From Candidatus Bathyarchaeota archaeon (GTDB lineage: Archaea > Thermoproteota > Bathyarchaeia > Bathyarchaeales > Bathycorpusculaceae): a stretch of DNA of 64,000 bases. The notes beneath the pieces are model-generated. The model ran no database searches, had not been told where the DNA came from, and saw only the letters and a program-made list of their open reading frames with translations. The stretch is taken from NCBI GenBank assembly GCA_963707955.1, contig OY970176.1, positions 2,208,001-2,272,000 of the forward strand, given 5' to 3'. Position 1 is the stretch's first letter; every line of letters starts with the position of its first letter. This document shows, piece after piece, positions 10,699 through 20,676 of the stretch. The position numbers and the translations under genes were made by a program.

Positions 10699-11739
10699 CT
10701 AATAATGTCGAGTGTAGGGTGTACCCGTCAATGTCATGATTTCTCCGTCTTTCTTCCGTGCCGCATCGGTCTTTTGCGTTAGAGGCTCAGTCGTCCCCTC
10801 GTTTCTTAGAAGTTGTGCTGTTACTGCTTGTGTTTCATTTGCTAGGTTACGTATTGCTCTCAACATCGTAGCTACTTCGGCACCCTTGGCGGTCAGAGAG
10901 TAGGCTATCGGTTCTTTTCTCGTGAAGACCAGCTTCTTTCCCTTCAACTTTCTCAGATACTTGTACGTTCTTCTCAGCGAGATTTCCGTCTTCTCCGACA
11001 GTTTCTTTGCAGAGACTCCATCAGCAGGAATGTTCTGGTACACTCTTCTCTCAGTCGGCGAGAACGTTTCCAGATTTGAATCTCTTCTTGTTTTGAATAT
11101 AAATATGTAGTTTTTTTCCTTGCTCGTCTCGATTAATCCTGTCCTCTGTAGTCGGCTGAGGACTCGTGCAACGCTTTTGGTTGGAATCATCGTTCTCGCG
11201 TCTTGGTAGGTTTTAGGTCTTTCTAGGAGAGCATCCAATATTGTTTCTTCGTAGCATTCGGAGTGAGGAGGCAGAACGTTTTCCAAATCCTGGAAATTCT
11301 TTACGAACTCGTTGACTTTGCAGCCAAGCACAGTTGCGTGAAAGGGGTTCTGAGCTTCTTGTACGAGCCCGACCTCGACCAACGGGTTGACGTATTCCTC
11401 AACTATGGTCTGCTGACTATGGTGAAAGCCAAATGATGCAAGCTTCTGCTGAAGTTGAGATAGGGAATAGCCCTGTGTTGAAATCAAGTCGAGTATTTGC
11501 AGTCGCCTGCCGTTCTTCAGCGTGTTCAGCAACTGTTCGACAAAATTTGGTCTCTGCATTTTTTCGTTTATCTTTCTAAGCTGGTTTTTCAGCCTCCAAA
11601 TCTTACAATCTGTTATGCATGTGATGGGGCTGAGCGGGTTACAGCTCTTACACTTCTCTTCCAAACTCTTCAGGATATTTATTAGGCTTGCATGCTTTTC
11701 CGAATCCAAAGCAGAGCTTGAGTGATTTTGGGTTTCCAT
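10699..11739 (-). CDS. Multi-winged-helix DNA-binding protein with N-terminal Cys cluster
   Basis: CKSC...C...C N-terminus; repeated wHTH-like segments (SAKKLSEKTEISLRRTYKYLRKLKGKKLV). Confidence 0.65.
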   Translation of the reverse strand: METQNHSSSALDSEKHASLINILKSLEEKCKSCNPLSPITCITDCKIWRLKNQLRKINEKMQRPNFVEQLLNTLKNGRRLQILDLISTQGYSLSQLQQKLASFGFHHSQQTIVEEYVNPLVEVGLVQEAQNPFHATVLGCKVNEFVKNFQDLENVLPPHSECYEETILDALLERPKTYQDARTMIPTKSVARVLSRLQRTGLIETSKEKNYIFIFKTRRDSNLETFSPTERRVYQNIPADGVSAKKLSEKTEISLRRTYKYLRKLKGKKLVFTRKEPIAYSLTAKGAEVATMLRAIRNLANETQAVTAQLLRNEGTTEPLTQKTDAARKKDGEIMTLTGTPYTRHY

Positions 11740-11830
11740 TCGTCGATTCCCTTCAGGCGTACGTCATGGCAGGCTGAGAAAGGAATCGGATTCGCGCTTA
11801 AAACCAGATTTTGGGGATGCTAAGCCTGTC

Positions 11831-11874
11831 ATGACATACGTCATAAACAGTATGACGTACGTCATCTTTATATA
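11831..11874. promoter_or_regulatory. Tandem 14-bp palindromic operators plus TATA box
   Basis: ATGACATACGTCAT (11831-11844) and ATGACGTACGTCAT (11852-11865), then TTTATATA (11867-11874). Confidence 0.7.
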
Positions 11875-11907
11875 CTTTTCCACCATGGTAAATCAAACGG
11901 TGAATAC

Positions 11908-12313
11908 TTGTTGATACTTCCGTGCGAAGTGGCTGTAAAATCAGTCGTGCCAGCAGTGAAGGCATTAATGGCACAACAACTAGTCGAAGAGTATGGCATG
12001 AACCAGGAACAGGTGGCAGAAATCCTTGGGATATCGCAGTCTGCAGTGAGCAAGTACTTCAGAAAGGTCAGAGGACACGTCATAGAGGTTGACAAAGTGC
12101 AGGAAGCTCGACCTCTCATTGCCAGCATGGTGATAATGGTCGTGAACGGAGAGCACCAAAGGGCAGAGTTTCTGCAGTCTCTTCTGCGAGGCGTGTGGAA
12201 CCATACGGAAAACGGGTATGGTGTGCCGATTCTGCAAAAAGTCAGATCCGAAAATCAAAATAGAAGAGTGCGGCTTCTGCATGGAGCTGAGGTTAGGCAA
12301 AAAAAGAAGGTAG
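11908..12313 (+). CDS. HTH transcription regulator (COG2522-like) with Cys-rich C-terminus; frameshift near 12180
   Basis: LPCEVAVKSVVPA...MNQEQVAEILGISQSAVSKY; shifted frame continues FCEAC...CRFC...CGFC to TAG 12311-12313. Confidence 0.75.
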
Positions 12314-12317
12314 AAGG

Positions 12318-13253
12318 ATGTCTTCTTTCGATGAGAAGGCTGTTCTTGATGTTCTGGAAAGAGTGAGCAAAAGTGTTGTGAACATAAGCACGGTTAAGCT
12401 TGTTAGTCGGATGTTTTATCAGGCGGTCCCCGTGGAGGGCATGGGTTCTGGGACGATAATAGACCCGAAAGGGGATATATTGACTAACAACCACGTTGTC
12501 GGAGGCGCTGAGAAGATAGGTGTGACGCTGTGGAATGGAGAAGTGTTGGAGGGGACGATAGTGGGGGCATGCGCCGTACACGACACTGCAATCGTGCGAG
12601 TTAAAAGACAAGGTTTGGAAGCCGCAGAGTTGGGGGATTCGGAAAAGCTGAGGGTTGGTCAGAGAGTCTATGCGATCGGAAACCCGTTCGGATTGGCTGG
12701 GGGGCCCACGGTTACGTCTGGAGTGATCAGCGCAACTAAGAGAACGATAGAATCTCAGAGAGGGCTAGTGGAAAACCTGGTTCAAACTGATGCGGCGATA
12801 AACCCTGGAAACAGCGGCGGTCCTCTCGTGGACCTTGAGGGAAAGGTCATCGCGATAAGCACAGCGATAATTCCGTATGCTCAAGGGATAGGGTTTGCTA
12901 TTCCAATAAACATGGCGAAGAAGTGCACGGGCGAAATGATAAGGGACGGGGTTTCTGTCAGACCTTGGCTCGGGATAGTAGGCCTAAGCCTTAACGAGGA
13001 CATAGCTCAATACTATAATTTGCCGTTGGAGCATGGTGTTCTCATATCCAAGGTCACTGATGAAAGCCCAGCGCAGCACGCAGGCCTGATTATGGGCGAC
13101 ATAATTCTGAGAATGGACAACGTGAAGATCGACACCATCGAGGACCTGTTGAACGATATTCACAAGAGAAGGGTCGGCGAAAAGGTGAGAATTACAGTCT
13201 TCCGCAGGGGTTTCGAACAGTTCTTCGAAGTGACTTTGAGCAAAATGCCCTAA
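12318..13253 (+). CDS. htrA: HtrA/DegP-family serine protease with PDZ domain
   Basis: TNNHVV, QTDAAINPGNSGGPL catalytic motifs; C-terminal PDZ. Confidence 0.92.
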   Translation: MSSFDEKAVLDVLERVSKSVVNISTVKLVSRMFYQAVPVEGMGSGTIIDPKGDILTNNHVVGGAEKIGVTLWNGEVLEGTIVGACAVHDTAIVRVKRQGLEAAELGDSEKLRVGQRVYAIGNPFGLAGGPTVTSGVISATKRTIESQRGLVENLVQTDAAINPGNSGGPLVDLEGKVIAISTAIIPYAQGIGFAIPINMAKKCTGEMIRDGVSVRPWLGIVGLSLNEDIAQYYNLPLEHGVLISKVTDESPAQHAGLIMGDIILRMDNVKIDTIEDLLNDIHKRRVGEKVRITVFRRGFEQFFEVTLSKMP

Positions 13254-13596
13254 TCATCTTTTGTACTTCGGGTCTGGGTTTCCGCCTCTTGCCTTCTCTT
13301 CTATCCAAGCGTTGGTTCCGACCTTTTTTCTGTAGGCCAGTTGACCAGCCCTGTAGAAGACGCGCCATCTTCCTTCGCTCGGGTCGTACGTTGAAAGGAA
13401 ATAGTCGCATGGAAAGTCACGACACATGCAGAAGTGTTCAACTTTCTTCTCTCTAACGCAGGAGTAGAAGCGGCATTCGCCCCAGAAAGGCTTTCCCTTC
13501 ACGTAGCCGCAGCCACTGCAATTCTTCTTGTAAGAGTTGCACTAAGCCAAAGCAGCTACCCGCACGGGGAGGCCAGATTAAAATCAGCTTACTCAT
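13254..13596 (-). pseudogene. DUF3795-like Cys-rich protein with scrambled 5' end
   Basis: ORF 13254-13502 has C.FY.C....VEHFC.C.DFPC; upstream frames give ASPCG and CNSYKKNCSGC, broken by indels. Confidence 0.55.
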
Positions 13597-13701
13597 CCAA
13601 TTCCAGGCCTCAGGTTAACCTAGGTCGATGAAGTTATATATACGCGTACTCTGGTTTTTTAAACGAAGTTGCGCACAAGATTAGGTGGAAGTGTGACGTA
13701 A

Positions 13702-14247
13702 ATGGTTAGAGAAATGACTGAAACGAACCTTCGAAGCGCGTACGCAGGTGAAAGCCAAGCTCACATGAGATACAAGATCTTTGCAGAGAGAGCCAAAAAA
13801 ATGGGCTTTCTCAATGTAGCTAGACTTTTTGATGCCGTGGCCTTCGCTGAGAGAGTTCATGCAGGTAACCATTTCAGGCACATACTCACCAAGGGGGGAG
13901 CAACAACAGTTTCAGCCGCAGTTTTCGGGTCCACAAGCACTTCAGAAGATTTGCAAACAGGCATCGATGGGGAAAGCTTTGAGATCAACGAGATGTACCC
14001 GGCATACAAGGCTGTAGCCCAGTTTCAAGGTGAGAAGTCGGCTGAGACAAGCTTCACGTGGGCCTTAGAAGCTGAAAAGATCCACTTGAGCTTATACAAG
14101 AAAGCGAAGGCAGCAGTAGACCAGAAAAGAGACGTGACTTTGCAACCTGTGCAGGTGTGCACTGTATGCGGCTACACGGTCGAGGGCGATGCGCCAGAAA
14201 AATGTCCAATCTGCAACGCTTCAAGAGACAAATTCAGAACTTTCTAA
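13702..14247 (+). CDS. rbr: Rubrerythrin
   Basis: AGESQA, AERVHA, E.FE..EMYP, AEKIH diiron motifs; C-terminal CTVCG...CPIC rubredoxin domain. Confidence 0.93.
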   Translation: MVREMTETNLRSAYAGESQAHMRYKIFAERAKKMGFLNVARLFDAVAFAERVHAGNHFRHILTKGGATTVSAAVFGSTSTSEDLQTGIDGESFEINEMYPAYKAVAQFQGEKSAETSFTWALEAEKIHLSLYKKAKAAVDQKRDVTLQPVQVCTVCGYTVEGDAPEKCPICNASRDKFRTF

Positions 14248-14353
14248 CATTAACCAACGTGCTGATCAGACGATGTAACAGTCATTATTGTTCGATCAGC
14301 GTGAATCGCGCCCTCATAAAGCTGGTAGGAGTGTACAGAAAATCAGGGAAGAA

Positions 14354-14971
14354 ATGGGGAAGATAGAGAGACGGCCTAACCTGTCCGTTGTGGCCTTGGT
14401 ATCCTTTGCTCTCTCGTTTGCTGTGGCCAGAACGTTCACGGCCCTGAGCCCCCAATTGATTCTTTCTCCTTCTGGTTTCCACGTTCACCATTTTTGGTAC
14501 GGCATAGTCATGCTTGCTGTAGGCGGTTGGCTGGGCATCAGCTACAATGATCCGCGGGTTGATCGAGTTGCAGCGATAATTTTTGGGGCTGGAGGTGGAC
14601 TTATAGGTGATGAAGCGGGAATTTTGCTGACACTTAAGAGCAACAACTACTGGGCTGGAGCAAGCTACACGTTCATAATAATATTCTTGGCTTCAGCATC
14701 GATACTCGTTCTACTGAACAGATATTCAAGGACGGTCCTGAAGGAGTTCAAGGAATTCTCAAGCAGTCAAGGCGGCTTTTATCTGGCCGTTTTTCTTGCG
14801 GTAATTTCGACAGCCTTCTTGATAGACACTACCAACCCCACGGTGATCGCTGTTACGAGCCTCCTTACGATAGTAGCATGGGTCACCATACTGGCATTCT
14901 TGATTCAAAGAATCCGAGGAAGACTGAGTCGGCGGCAAGAAATCGAAAGCTCACCTATGGTTCCTAGCTGA
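14354..14971 (+). CDS. Integral membrane protein (HVHHFWYG family)
   Basis: Six hydrophobic segments; HHFWYG and GLIGDE motifs; ATG 14354 in frame with ORF 14288-14971. Confidence 0.7.
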   Translation: MGKIERRPNLSVVALVSFALSFAVARTFTALSPQLILSPSGFHVHHFWYGIVMLAVGGWLGISYNDPRVDRVAAIIFGAGGGLIGDEAGILLTLKSNNYWAGASYTFIIIFLASASILVLLNRYSRTVLKEFKEFSSSQGGFYLAVFLAVISTAFLIDTTNPTVIAVTSLLTIVAWVTILAFLIQRIRGRLSRRQEIESSPMVPS

Positions 14972-15017
14972 AACATTTAATACACCTTTTCTCGCAGTTA
15001 TCCAAGACGCGATCGTC

Positions 15018-15404
15018 ATGGAGACTTCAGACGTGGATGCGAGCAACTGGGAACCGGAAATCTCAAAGTCCACCATTTTGACGATTGTCTACTTCTGGCA
15101 TGAACGATGCCCATGGTGTTTCAGGTTCAACCCCATTCTCGAGGAGGTCGCACAAGAGTACAAAGGGAAGATAAAGTTTGCGAAGCTGAACGTGCTTGCA
15201 AGCCCATCTAATCAGGAGATAGCGAACAACTTCGGTGTATTGAGCACTCCTACGTTGCTGTTCCTGTGCAGGGGAAGACCAGTGGGACAGGTTGTTGGCC
15301 TAATGTCTAAGGAAGAATTGGAGAGGGGATTAAACGACATGCTTGCAAGGTACAAAGGCTGTCTAAGTCAGAGCACAGAGCTGAGGCCAGCCTACATCGT
15401 GTGA
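15018..15404 (+). CDS. Thioredoxin family protein
   Basis: CPWC active site and STPT cis-Pro loop. Confidence 0.85.
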   Translation: METSDVDASNWEPEISKSTILTIVYFWHERCPWCFRFNPILEEVAQEYKGKIKFAKLNVLASPSNQEIANNFGVLSTPTLLFLCRGRPVGQVVGLMSKEELERGLNDMLARYKGCLSQSTELRPAYIV

Positions 15405-15860
15405 AGACTAGTTGAGGATCAGACTTGGCTCTCCGTGCTCACAAACGCTTGAAAGCGCGCGCTACAACAAACCAACAACCGTAGATAGCAAGAAAAACAA
15501 TCAGCCCCGTGTGACTGCTTATTATCGTCCTATGCTCATGTTCGGATCAAAAATGTTGAAAGTCTTGCTGAAAACCCTAACCGACAAGTTCTTCGAAAGC
15601 CTTTCAAGAGCACGCGATTTCCTGTCAAGCGCCAACGAAAAGACCAGCGCAGCACAACCCATCGCAAGGAGAACCAAGGATGACGCGAGCAGTGAAACGT
15701 CCTCCGGAAAAACGTTGAACACCCGCCCCACCTGCTTCAACAATAACATAGACGAAGACCAAACTTAAATCCTTAACGAACCTCACACTCAACCTTGGCT
15801 ACCCTTACCCAAAAAAAGTAATACAATTGACCGCATGAAACCAGACAACGGCGACCCAAC

Positions 15861-16658
15861 ATGTCAAAAAGGCTGAACCCCAGCAAGCTCCAAGAAGGCT
15901 CAATAACCAGACTTCTGGGCAAAAGCATCTTCTTCTCAGAAGAAGTCGCCTCAACAAACGAGTGGGCCAAGAAGCTGGCGAGCCAAGGCGCCCCAGAGGG
16001 CTGGGTCGCTATCGCAGAAACTCAAACCCACGGGCGGGGAAGACTCGACCGCGAATGGATCTCACCGCTTGGGGGCCTGTGGTTCTCGTTGATTCTCAGG
16101 CCTAAACAACGCTTGGCGAAAGCTGCCAAACTCACATTTGTGGCCGGGATCGCGGTCGCCGAGACTCTGCATGAACAGTACGGCCTGAGGACTCAGACCA
16201 AGTGGCCCAACGACGTACTCGTGAACGGACGCAAAATCTGCGGCATACTCGGAGAGGCGAGCACGATGGGCAAAGAAATCAACGCTGTCGTCTTGGGAAT
16301 CGGAATAAACGCCAACTTCGACGCCGAACGAGTCTTGCCAGAATCGATTAGAGCAAGGGCCACATCGTTGGAAACCGAACTCGCCCGAAAGATTCAGCTG
16401 GAAGAACTCTTCATCCGACTGCTCGAGAAGCTGGAAGTGACATATTCACTCTACACCAGAAGAGGCTTCAGCTCGATTCTTAAGCGATGGAAAAGGTATG
16501 CTGGCTTTCTCGGCCAAGAGGTCCAAGTGACAGACAGAAACGAAAAGATCACAGGGTTGGCCTATGACGTGGACAAGAACGGAGCCCTGATTCTCATGCT
16601 TGAGAACGGGGCCTTCAAACATGTTTTCGCCGGAGACGTGTCCCTGCGGATAAAGTGA
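15861..16658 (+). CDS. birA: Biotin-protein ligase
   Basis: STNE, QTHGRGRL.REW.SP.GG, KWPND...GRKICGIL, GIGIN. Confidence 0.93.
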   Translation: MSKRLNPSKLQEGSITRLLGKSIFFSEEVASTNEWAKKLASQGAPEGWVAIAETQTHGRGRLDREWISPLGGLWFSLILRPKQRLAKAAKLTFVAGIAVAETLHEQYGLRTQTKWPNDVLVNGRKICGILGEASTMGKEINAVVLGIGINANFDAERVLPESIRARATSLETELARKIQLEELFIRLLEKLEVTYSLYTRRGFSSILKRWKRYAGFLGQEVQVTDRNEKITGLAYDVDKNGALILMLENGAFKHVFAGDVSLRIK

Positions 16659-16813
16659 AAACCGTTGACCTAGACAGCTCTTCAGCATCATGCGTTGGAA
16701 ACCTGTGAAAAACGCTGTGCGAGGCCTCTGCATAAAGACTGCACTCAACTACGTCCTAGGATCGCAAACAAAAATGGAGGTTTGTCTGGAATTGGGCTGT
16801 CGCTCAAAAAATC

Positions 16814-17035
16814 CTAAGCTAAGGCTTTGAGCTTTGCGATCAGTTCCTTCTTCATCCTTTCGTTTCCCTGAATCTGCGTTCTTGCCTTTCGCCAGTCTGC
16901 GGAGCAGGTTCCGTAGCTCGACTGCTCACCGATGTACTTGTGGATAACCTCGTCAACTTTGCCCTTGTTCTTCTCGGTCACCTTGACACCGGCCTCTTTC
17001 AGCACGTCGTTAAACCATTTCCAGCAAGCCAACAC
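16814..17035 (-). CDS. Hypothetical small protein
   Basis: 73-aa ORF preceded by a GGGTGA RBS-like motif. Confidence 0.55.
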   Translation of the reverse strand: MLACWKWFNDVLKEAGVKVTEKNKGKVDEVIHKYIGEQSSYGTCSADWRKARTQIQGNERMKKELIAKLKALA

Positions 17036-17094
17036 ACATCACCCTTCAACACGCAAGTTTTACGCGTTCCATGCTTAAAACTTTCTGTCCTCAG

Positions 17095-17256
17095 CTATTT
17101 TGCCTTTGCTTTCTTCTGCTCGTACCGCTCGGCGCATCTGACGCAGCAGAAGGCGTACTCTTTTCCGTCTATCGTGGTGGTGTAAGCCGCGAGTCTGCAC
17201 GTTTCTGTCGGTATCTCAGCCTTGCAGTATTCGCATCTGACGAACTTGGGCTTCAT
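17095..17256 (-). CDS. TRASH/YHS-like small metal-binding protein (53 aa, missing from the ORF track)
   Basis: MKPKFVRCEYCKAEI...IDGKEYAFCCVRCAERY; ATGA overlap with the IscU stop. Confidence 0.78.
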   Translation of the reverse strand: MKPKFVRCEYCKAEIPTETCRLAAYTTTIDGKEYAFCCVRCAERYEQKKAKAK

Positions 17257-18824
17257 TCTTTCACCTCTTTGACCTTCTGTCTCTTGTGATAGTCCTCTAT
17301 GGCAGCGTGCAGCGCGTCAGCCGCGAGGTTTGAACAGTGCATCTTGATAGGGGGCAAGCCGCCGAGAGAGTCCGCGACGTCTGCGCGGGTGATTTTCATC
17401 CCCTCCTCTAACGTTTTCCCCTTGGCCAGCTCCGTGATCATGCTGCTCGTCGCGATCGCTGACCCGCAGCCGAAAGTTTTGAACTTGATGTCTTCGAGTC
17501 GATTGTCCTTGACCTTGATGTAGATGGTCATGAGGTCTCCGCAAACAGGGTTACCCACCGTGCCCACACCATCCGCATCCGGGATCTCGCCCATGTTCCG
17601 TGGGTTCCTGAAGTGCTCCATCACTTTCTCGGTGTACATCAAGCGTTCAGACTCCTTCGGAGTTAACGGCGATATCGCTCTTAACCTTTTTACTATGCTA
17701 GGCATCAAGCCTATCACGTAATCAACCTGTTCCTCAGTGTTCTCCTTCCCCAGAGTGAACATCAGGGAACCGTGAGCCTCCTCATGCTTAAGTCCAATTG
17801 CTAACAACACGTGCGAGGGTTCCAAGGTCTTTGCTGTGCAGGCTGAACCTGACGACGCATAAACGCCCATCAAGTCAAGGCTCAGCAGCATCGATTCACC
17901 CTCTATGAAACTGTACCTAACAGAAACATTGTCAGGCAGTCGTTCGGTCGGATGCCCATTCAAGAATGAATATGGAATTGGCTTCAACAAACCCTCAATG
18001 AATCTGTCTCTCAACCTCGTCAGCTGGACGCTATTACTCTGCATTTCCATCTTGGCTATTTCAGCAGCTTTTCCGAAACCAACTATGCCAGGCAGGTTTT
18101 CTGTTCCTGACCTTAACCCGCGTTCCTGTCCGCCGCCATGTAACAATGGTTCCAATCGGACTCCTTCCTTGATGTACAGGGCACCGACACCCTTAGGGCC
18201 ATACATGTCGTTGGAAGAAATCGTGAGCAGGTCTACGTTCTCGGTTTTCACGTCTATCGGAACCTGCCCACAAGCGGCTGTGGCATCTACGTGGAGGTAA
18301 GCGTTCTTGCCGTGCACAATCTTGCTGATTTCCTTAATGTGTTCAACTGTTCCTATTTCGCCGTTTGCGTACACGATAGAAACGAGGGTTGTCTTATCGG
18401 TCAACACCTTTTCTAGGTTCTCGAGAATCACAAAACCGTACTTGTCAACTGGGACGAAGACGGGTTCGAATCCTCTTGTGGTCAAGAACTTGAACGAGTT
18501 GACCACTGACATGTGCTCAATCGCTGACGTTATTATTCGTGTTCCATGGTCCTTGTTCCGATTTGCAACTCCTTTTATAGCCATGTTGTTGCTCTCAGTG
18601 GCTCCTGAAGTGAAAATTATAGACTCCCTTTTTTCAGCGTTAATCAATTCAGCAACTTTTGCCCTTGCGCCTTCAAGCGCACGCTTAGCTTCTTGGCCGA
18701 ACACGTGCAAGGATGAAGCGTTGCCGAAAGACGATTCCATATAAGGAAGCATGGCCTCTGTGACCCGAGGGTCTACAGGTTTTCCAGCCATATGGTCCAT
18801 GTAAACTCGCTGCGTCGTCGACAT
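17253..18824 (-). CDS. iscS: Cysteine desulfurase (IscS/NifS) in frame with IscU-type Fe-S scaffold (scaffold ATG at 17639)
   Basis: FTSGATESNN, HVDA, RSGTEN, SSGSAC; then MYTEKVMEHFRNPRN, GNPVCGD, FGCGSA, KMHCS. Confidence 0.88.
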   Translation of the reverse strand: MSTTQRVYMDHMAGKPVDPRVTEAMLPYMESSFGNASSLHVFGQEAKRALEGARAKVAELINAEKRESIIFTSGATESNNMAIKGVANRNKDHGTRIITSAIEHMSVVNSFKFLTTRGFEPVFVPVDKYGFVILENLEKVLTDKTTLVSIVYANGEIGTVEHIKEISKIVHGKNAYLHVDATAACGQVPIDVKTENVDLLTISSNDMYGPKGVGALYIKEGVRLEPLLHGGGQERGLRSGTENLPGIVGFGKAAEIAKMEMQSNSVQLTRLRDRFIEGLLKPIPYSFLNGHPTERLPDNVSVRYSFIEGESMLLSLDLMGVYASSGSACTAKTLEPSHVLLAIGLKHEEAHGSLMFTLGKENTEEQVDYVIGLMPSIVKRLRAISPLTPKESERLMYTEKVMEHFRNPRNMGEIPDADGVGTVGNPVCGDLMTIYIKVKDNRLEDIKFKTFGCGSAIATSSMITELAKGKTLEEGMKITRADVADSLGGLPPIKMHCSNLAADALHAAIEDYHKRQKVKEVKE

Positions 18825-18857
18825 GCATCATTCACTTGACACGAGTTTAGTTGCTTC

Positions 18858-19094
18858 TTACTTAACCTTTCTAATCACTATTTGAACTTCGTTTCCTTTC
18901 TTGGTCACGCTTACAAGTTCTTGCTCCAAGTTTTTCACGAGGCTCCTAATGTCTGACTCTGCGGCCGGGTCATCTGCCAAGACCTCCAGCGTCTCGCCGA
19001 CCTTCAACTCATCCAGTTCCATTCTCGTCTTGAAAACAGGTTCAGGACAGTATAAACCTAAGCAATCCAACGTTCTGCCAGCCTTTTCTTTCAT
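18858..19094 (-). CDS. tusA: TusA/SirA-family sulfur carrier
   Basis: LDCLGLYCPEP...LEVLADDP...DI. Confidence 0.88.
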   Translation of the reverse strand: MKEKAGRTLDCLGLYCPEPVFKTRMELDELKVGETLEVLADDPAAESDIRSLVKNLEQELVSVTKKGNEVQIVIRKVK

Positions 19095-19216
19095 GACATC
19101 CTCTCATGCACTACAGCTTAAAGAGAAAAGTAAAAAGCCTTTCGTACAACCATCAGTGTTCAACGTGGCCTTGGTCGCGAAAAGAAATGCAAGGAGTGTT
19201 TGCTGTTGTTCCTTGT

Positions 19217-19549
19217 TCACTGAGCTATTTTTATCGCTTGAGTAGGGCATTGAGTTTCGCATGCCATGCATTTTATGCAGTCTTGTTCTCTCGTAGGATC
19301 AGACTTCTTTTCAGAAACAGGGTGTCCAGGCGCGTCCCCCCAATCGAACACTGTCACGGGGCAGACTTCCAAGCAGACGCCGTCTCCAGTGCAAACGTCC
19401 CAATCAACTGCAACAGTTGTTCCATGAACACCGAGCTTCTTGGGAGGTTCAACAGGCCCCCAAACGTTGTGACCCTGATGTTGACTGACGACCTTGCGTT
19501 TCTTCTGAAAATCTGGGTCTATCGGCAAGACTTTTTCACCTATGAACAC
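19217..19549 (-). CDS. Zinc-containing-type dicluster ferredoxin
   Basis: N-terminal H..H.VWGPVEPPKKLGVHGT extension; CTGDGVCLEVCP and CIKCMACETQCP. Confidence 0.85.
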   Translation of the reverse strand: MFIGEKVLPIDPDFQKKRKVVSQHQGHNVWGPVEPPKKLGVHGTTVAVDWDVCTGDGVCLEVCPVTVFDWGDAPGHPVSEKKSDPTREQDCIKCMACETQCPTQAIKIAQ

Positions 19550-19667
19550 GATAGGCGGTGGAAATATAACCCTTTTGCTGCCATCAGGTGAGCAGTTGGC
19601 TTTGGCTCAAGAGCGAAAGATTTAAGATTTGCAGGAAAGCAAGTGTTGTAACAAAGGAGAAACATAC

Positions 19668-20282
19668 ATGGAACAAGACAAGTTTTACACTTTGCCAAAA
19701 CTGCCTTACGATTACGCGGACCTTGAACCGCACATGTCCAAGGAACAGTTAACGATACACCACGACAAGCATCATCAAGCATACGTTAACGGCGCAAACG
19801 CGATACTTCAGAAGCTTGATAAGGCGAGGAAAGAGAACGTCGACTTGGACGTCAAGTCCACTCTGAAAGAGTTATCATGGAACATAGGGGGACACCTGTT
19901 GCATTCCGTGTTCTGGGGCAACCTAGCGCCACCGAGCAGGGCAGGAGGAAAACCGAGCGGCAAATTAGGCGATTGGTTGGAGAGAGAGTTCGGAAGTTTC
20001 GACCGGTTCAAGAAGGAGTTCACGCAGACGGCGACCAGTGTGGAAGGCTCCGGATGGGCGGCTCTTTCAAGGTGCACACAGACTAGCAGGCCGCTAATCA
20101 TGCAGATAGAGAAACACAACACCAACGTTTATCCCACGTACAAAGTCCTCATGGTTCTCGACGTGTTCGAGCACGCATACTACATCGACTACAAGAACGA
20201 CAGAGCCAAGTTTGTAGAGGCATTCTGGAACCTCGTCAACTGGAACGAAGTGAACAAGAGATTCGAAGCAGCTCTGAAGTGA
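19668..20282 (+). CDS. sod: Fe/Mn superoxide dismutase
   Basis: LPYDYADLEP, HHDKHHQAYV, GGH.LH..FW, DVFEHAYY; ATG after AGGAG. Confidence 0.95.
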   Translation: MEQDKFYTLPKLPYDYADLEPHMSKEQLTIHHDKHHQAYVNGANAILQKLDKARKENVDLDVKSTLKELSWNIGGHLLHSVFWGNLAPPSRAGGKPSGKLGDWLEREFGSFDRFKKEFTQTATSVEGSGWAALSRCTQTSRPLIMQIEKHNTNVYPTYKVLMVLDVFEHAYYIDYKNDRAKFVEAFWNLVNWNEVNKRFEAALK

Positions 20283-20371
20283 AACGACCGTTACGCTTTC
20301 GCTGTTTCGGTAAGAACAGTGAGCCCGATGGTTCAATCGTGGAACGGAGACCGAACCGTCAAAAATATTAG

Positions 20372-20494
20372 TTGAAACCGAATGGATATACCATAAAAGC
20401 GCGCGCGCAATTAGGCGTGTTATTTGGTTTCATTTTGGCGTACATGGCTGCTGTTCTTGTGCTTTTCTACATCCTGGGGCGTTACGGAGGCTGA
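20372..20494 (+). CDS. Putative 40-aa single-TM peptide
   Basis: TTG start; LGVLFGFILAYMAAVLVLFYILG hydrophobic helix. Confidence 0.35.
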   Translation: MKPNGYTIKARAQLGVLFGFILAYMAAVLVLFYILGRYGG

Positions 20495-20676
20495 TCGCGC
20501 CTCCAGGCTCTTGGCACGGAAACAATTGTTCTGAAATCGTTTGCTAAAATGGTGGTCCGCTCTGTCAATTTCATTTTTTCAGAATGCGTTCTACCGCTGG
20601 AATATTCTGGTTGCAGCGAAATGCAGCGCTGGCGTGCGAAGCGTTAGTTAGTTTATATCTGCTCGCCACTCAAGGC

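Noticed and set aside
15412-15830. ORF 15412-15768 (+) as a gene
   Set aside because: Looks like the antisense shadow of a broken membrane-protein reading frame on the - strand; neither could be defined reliably
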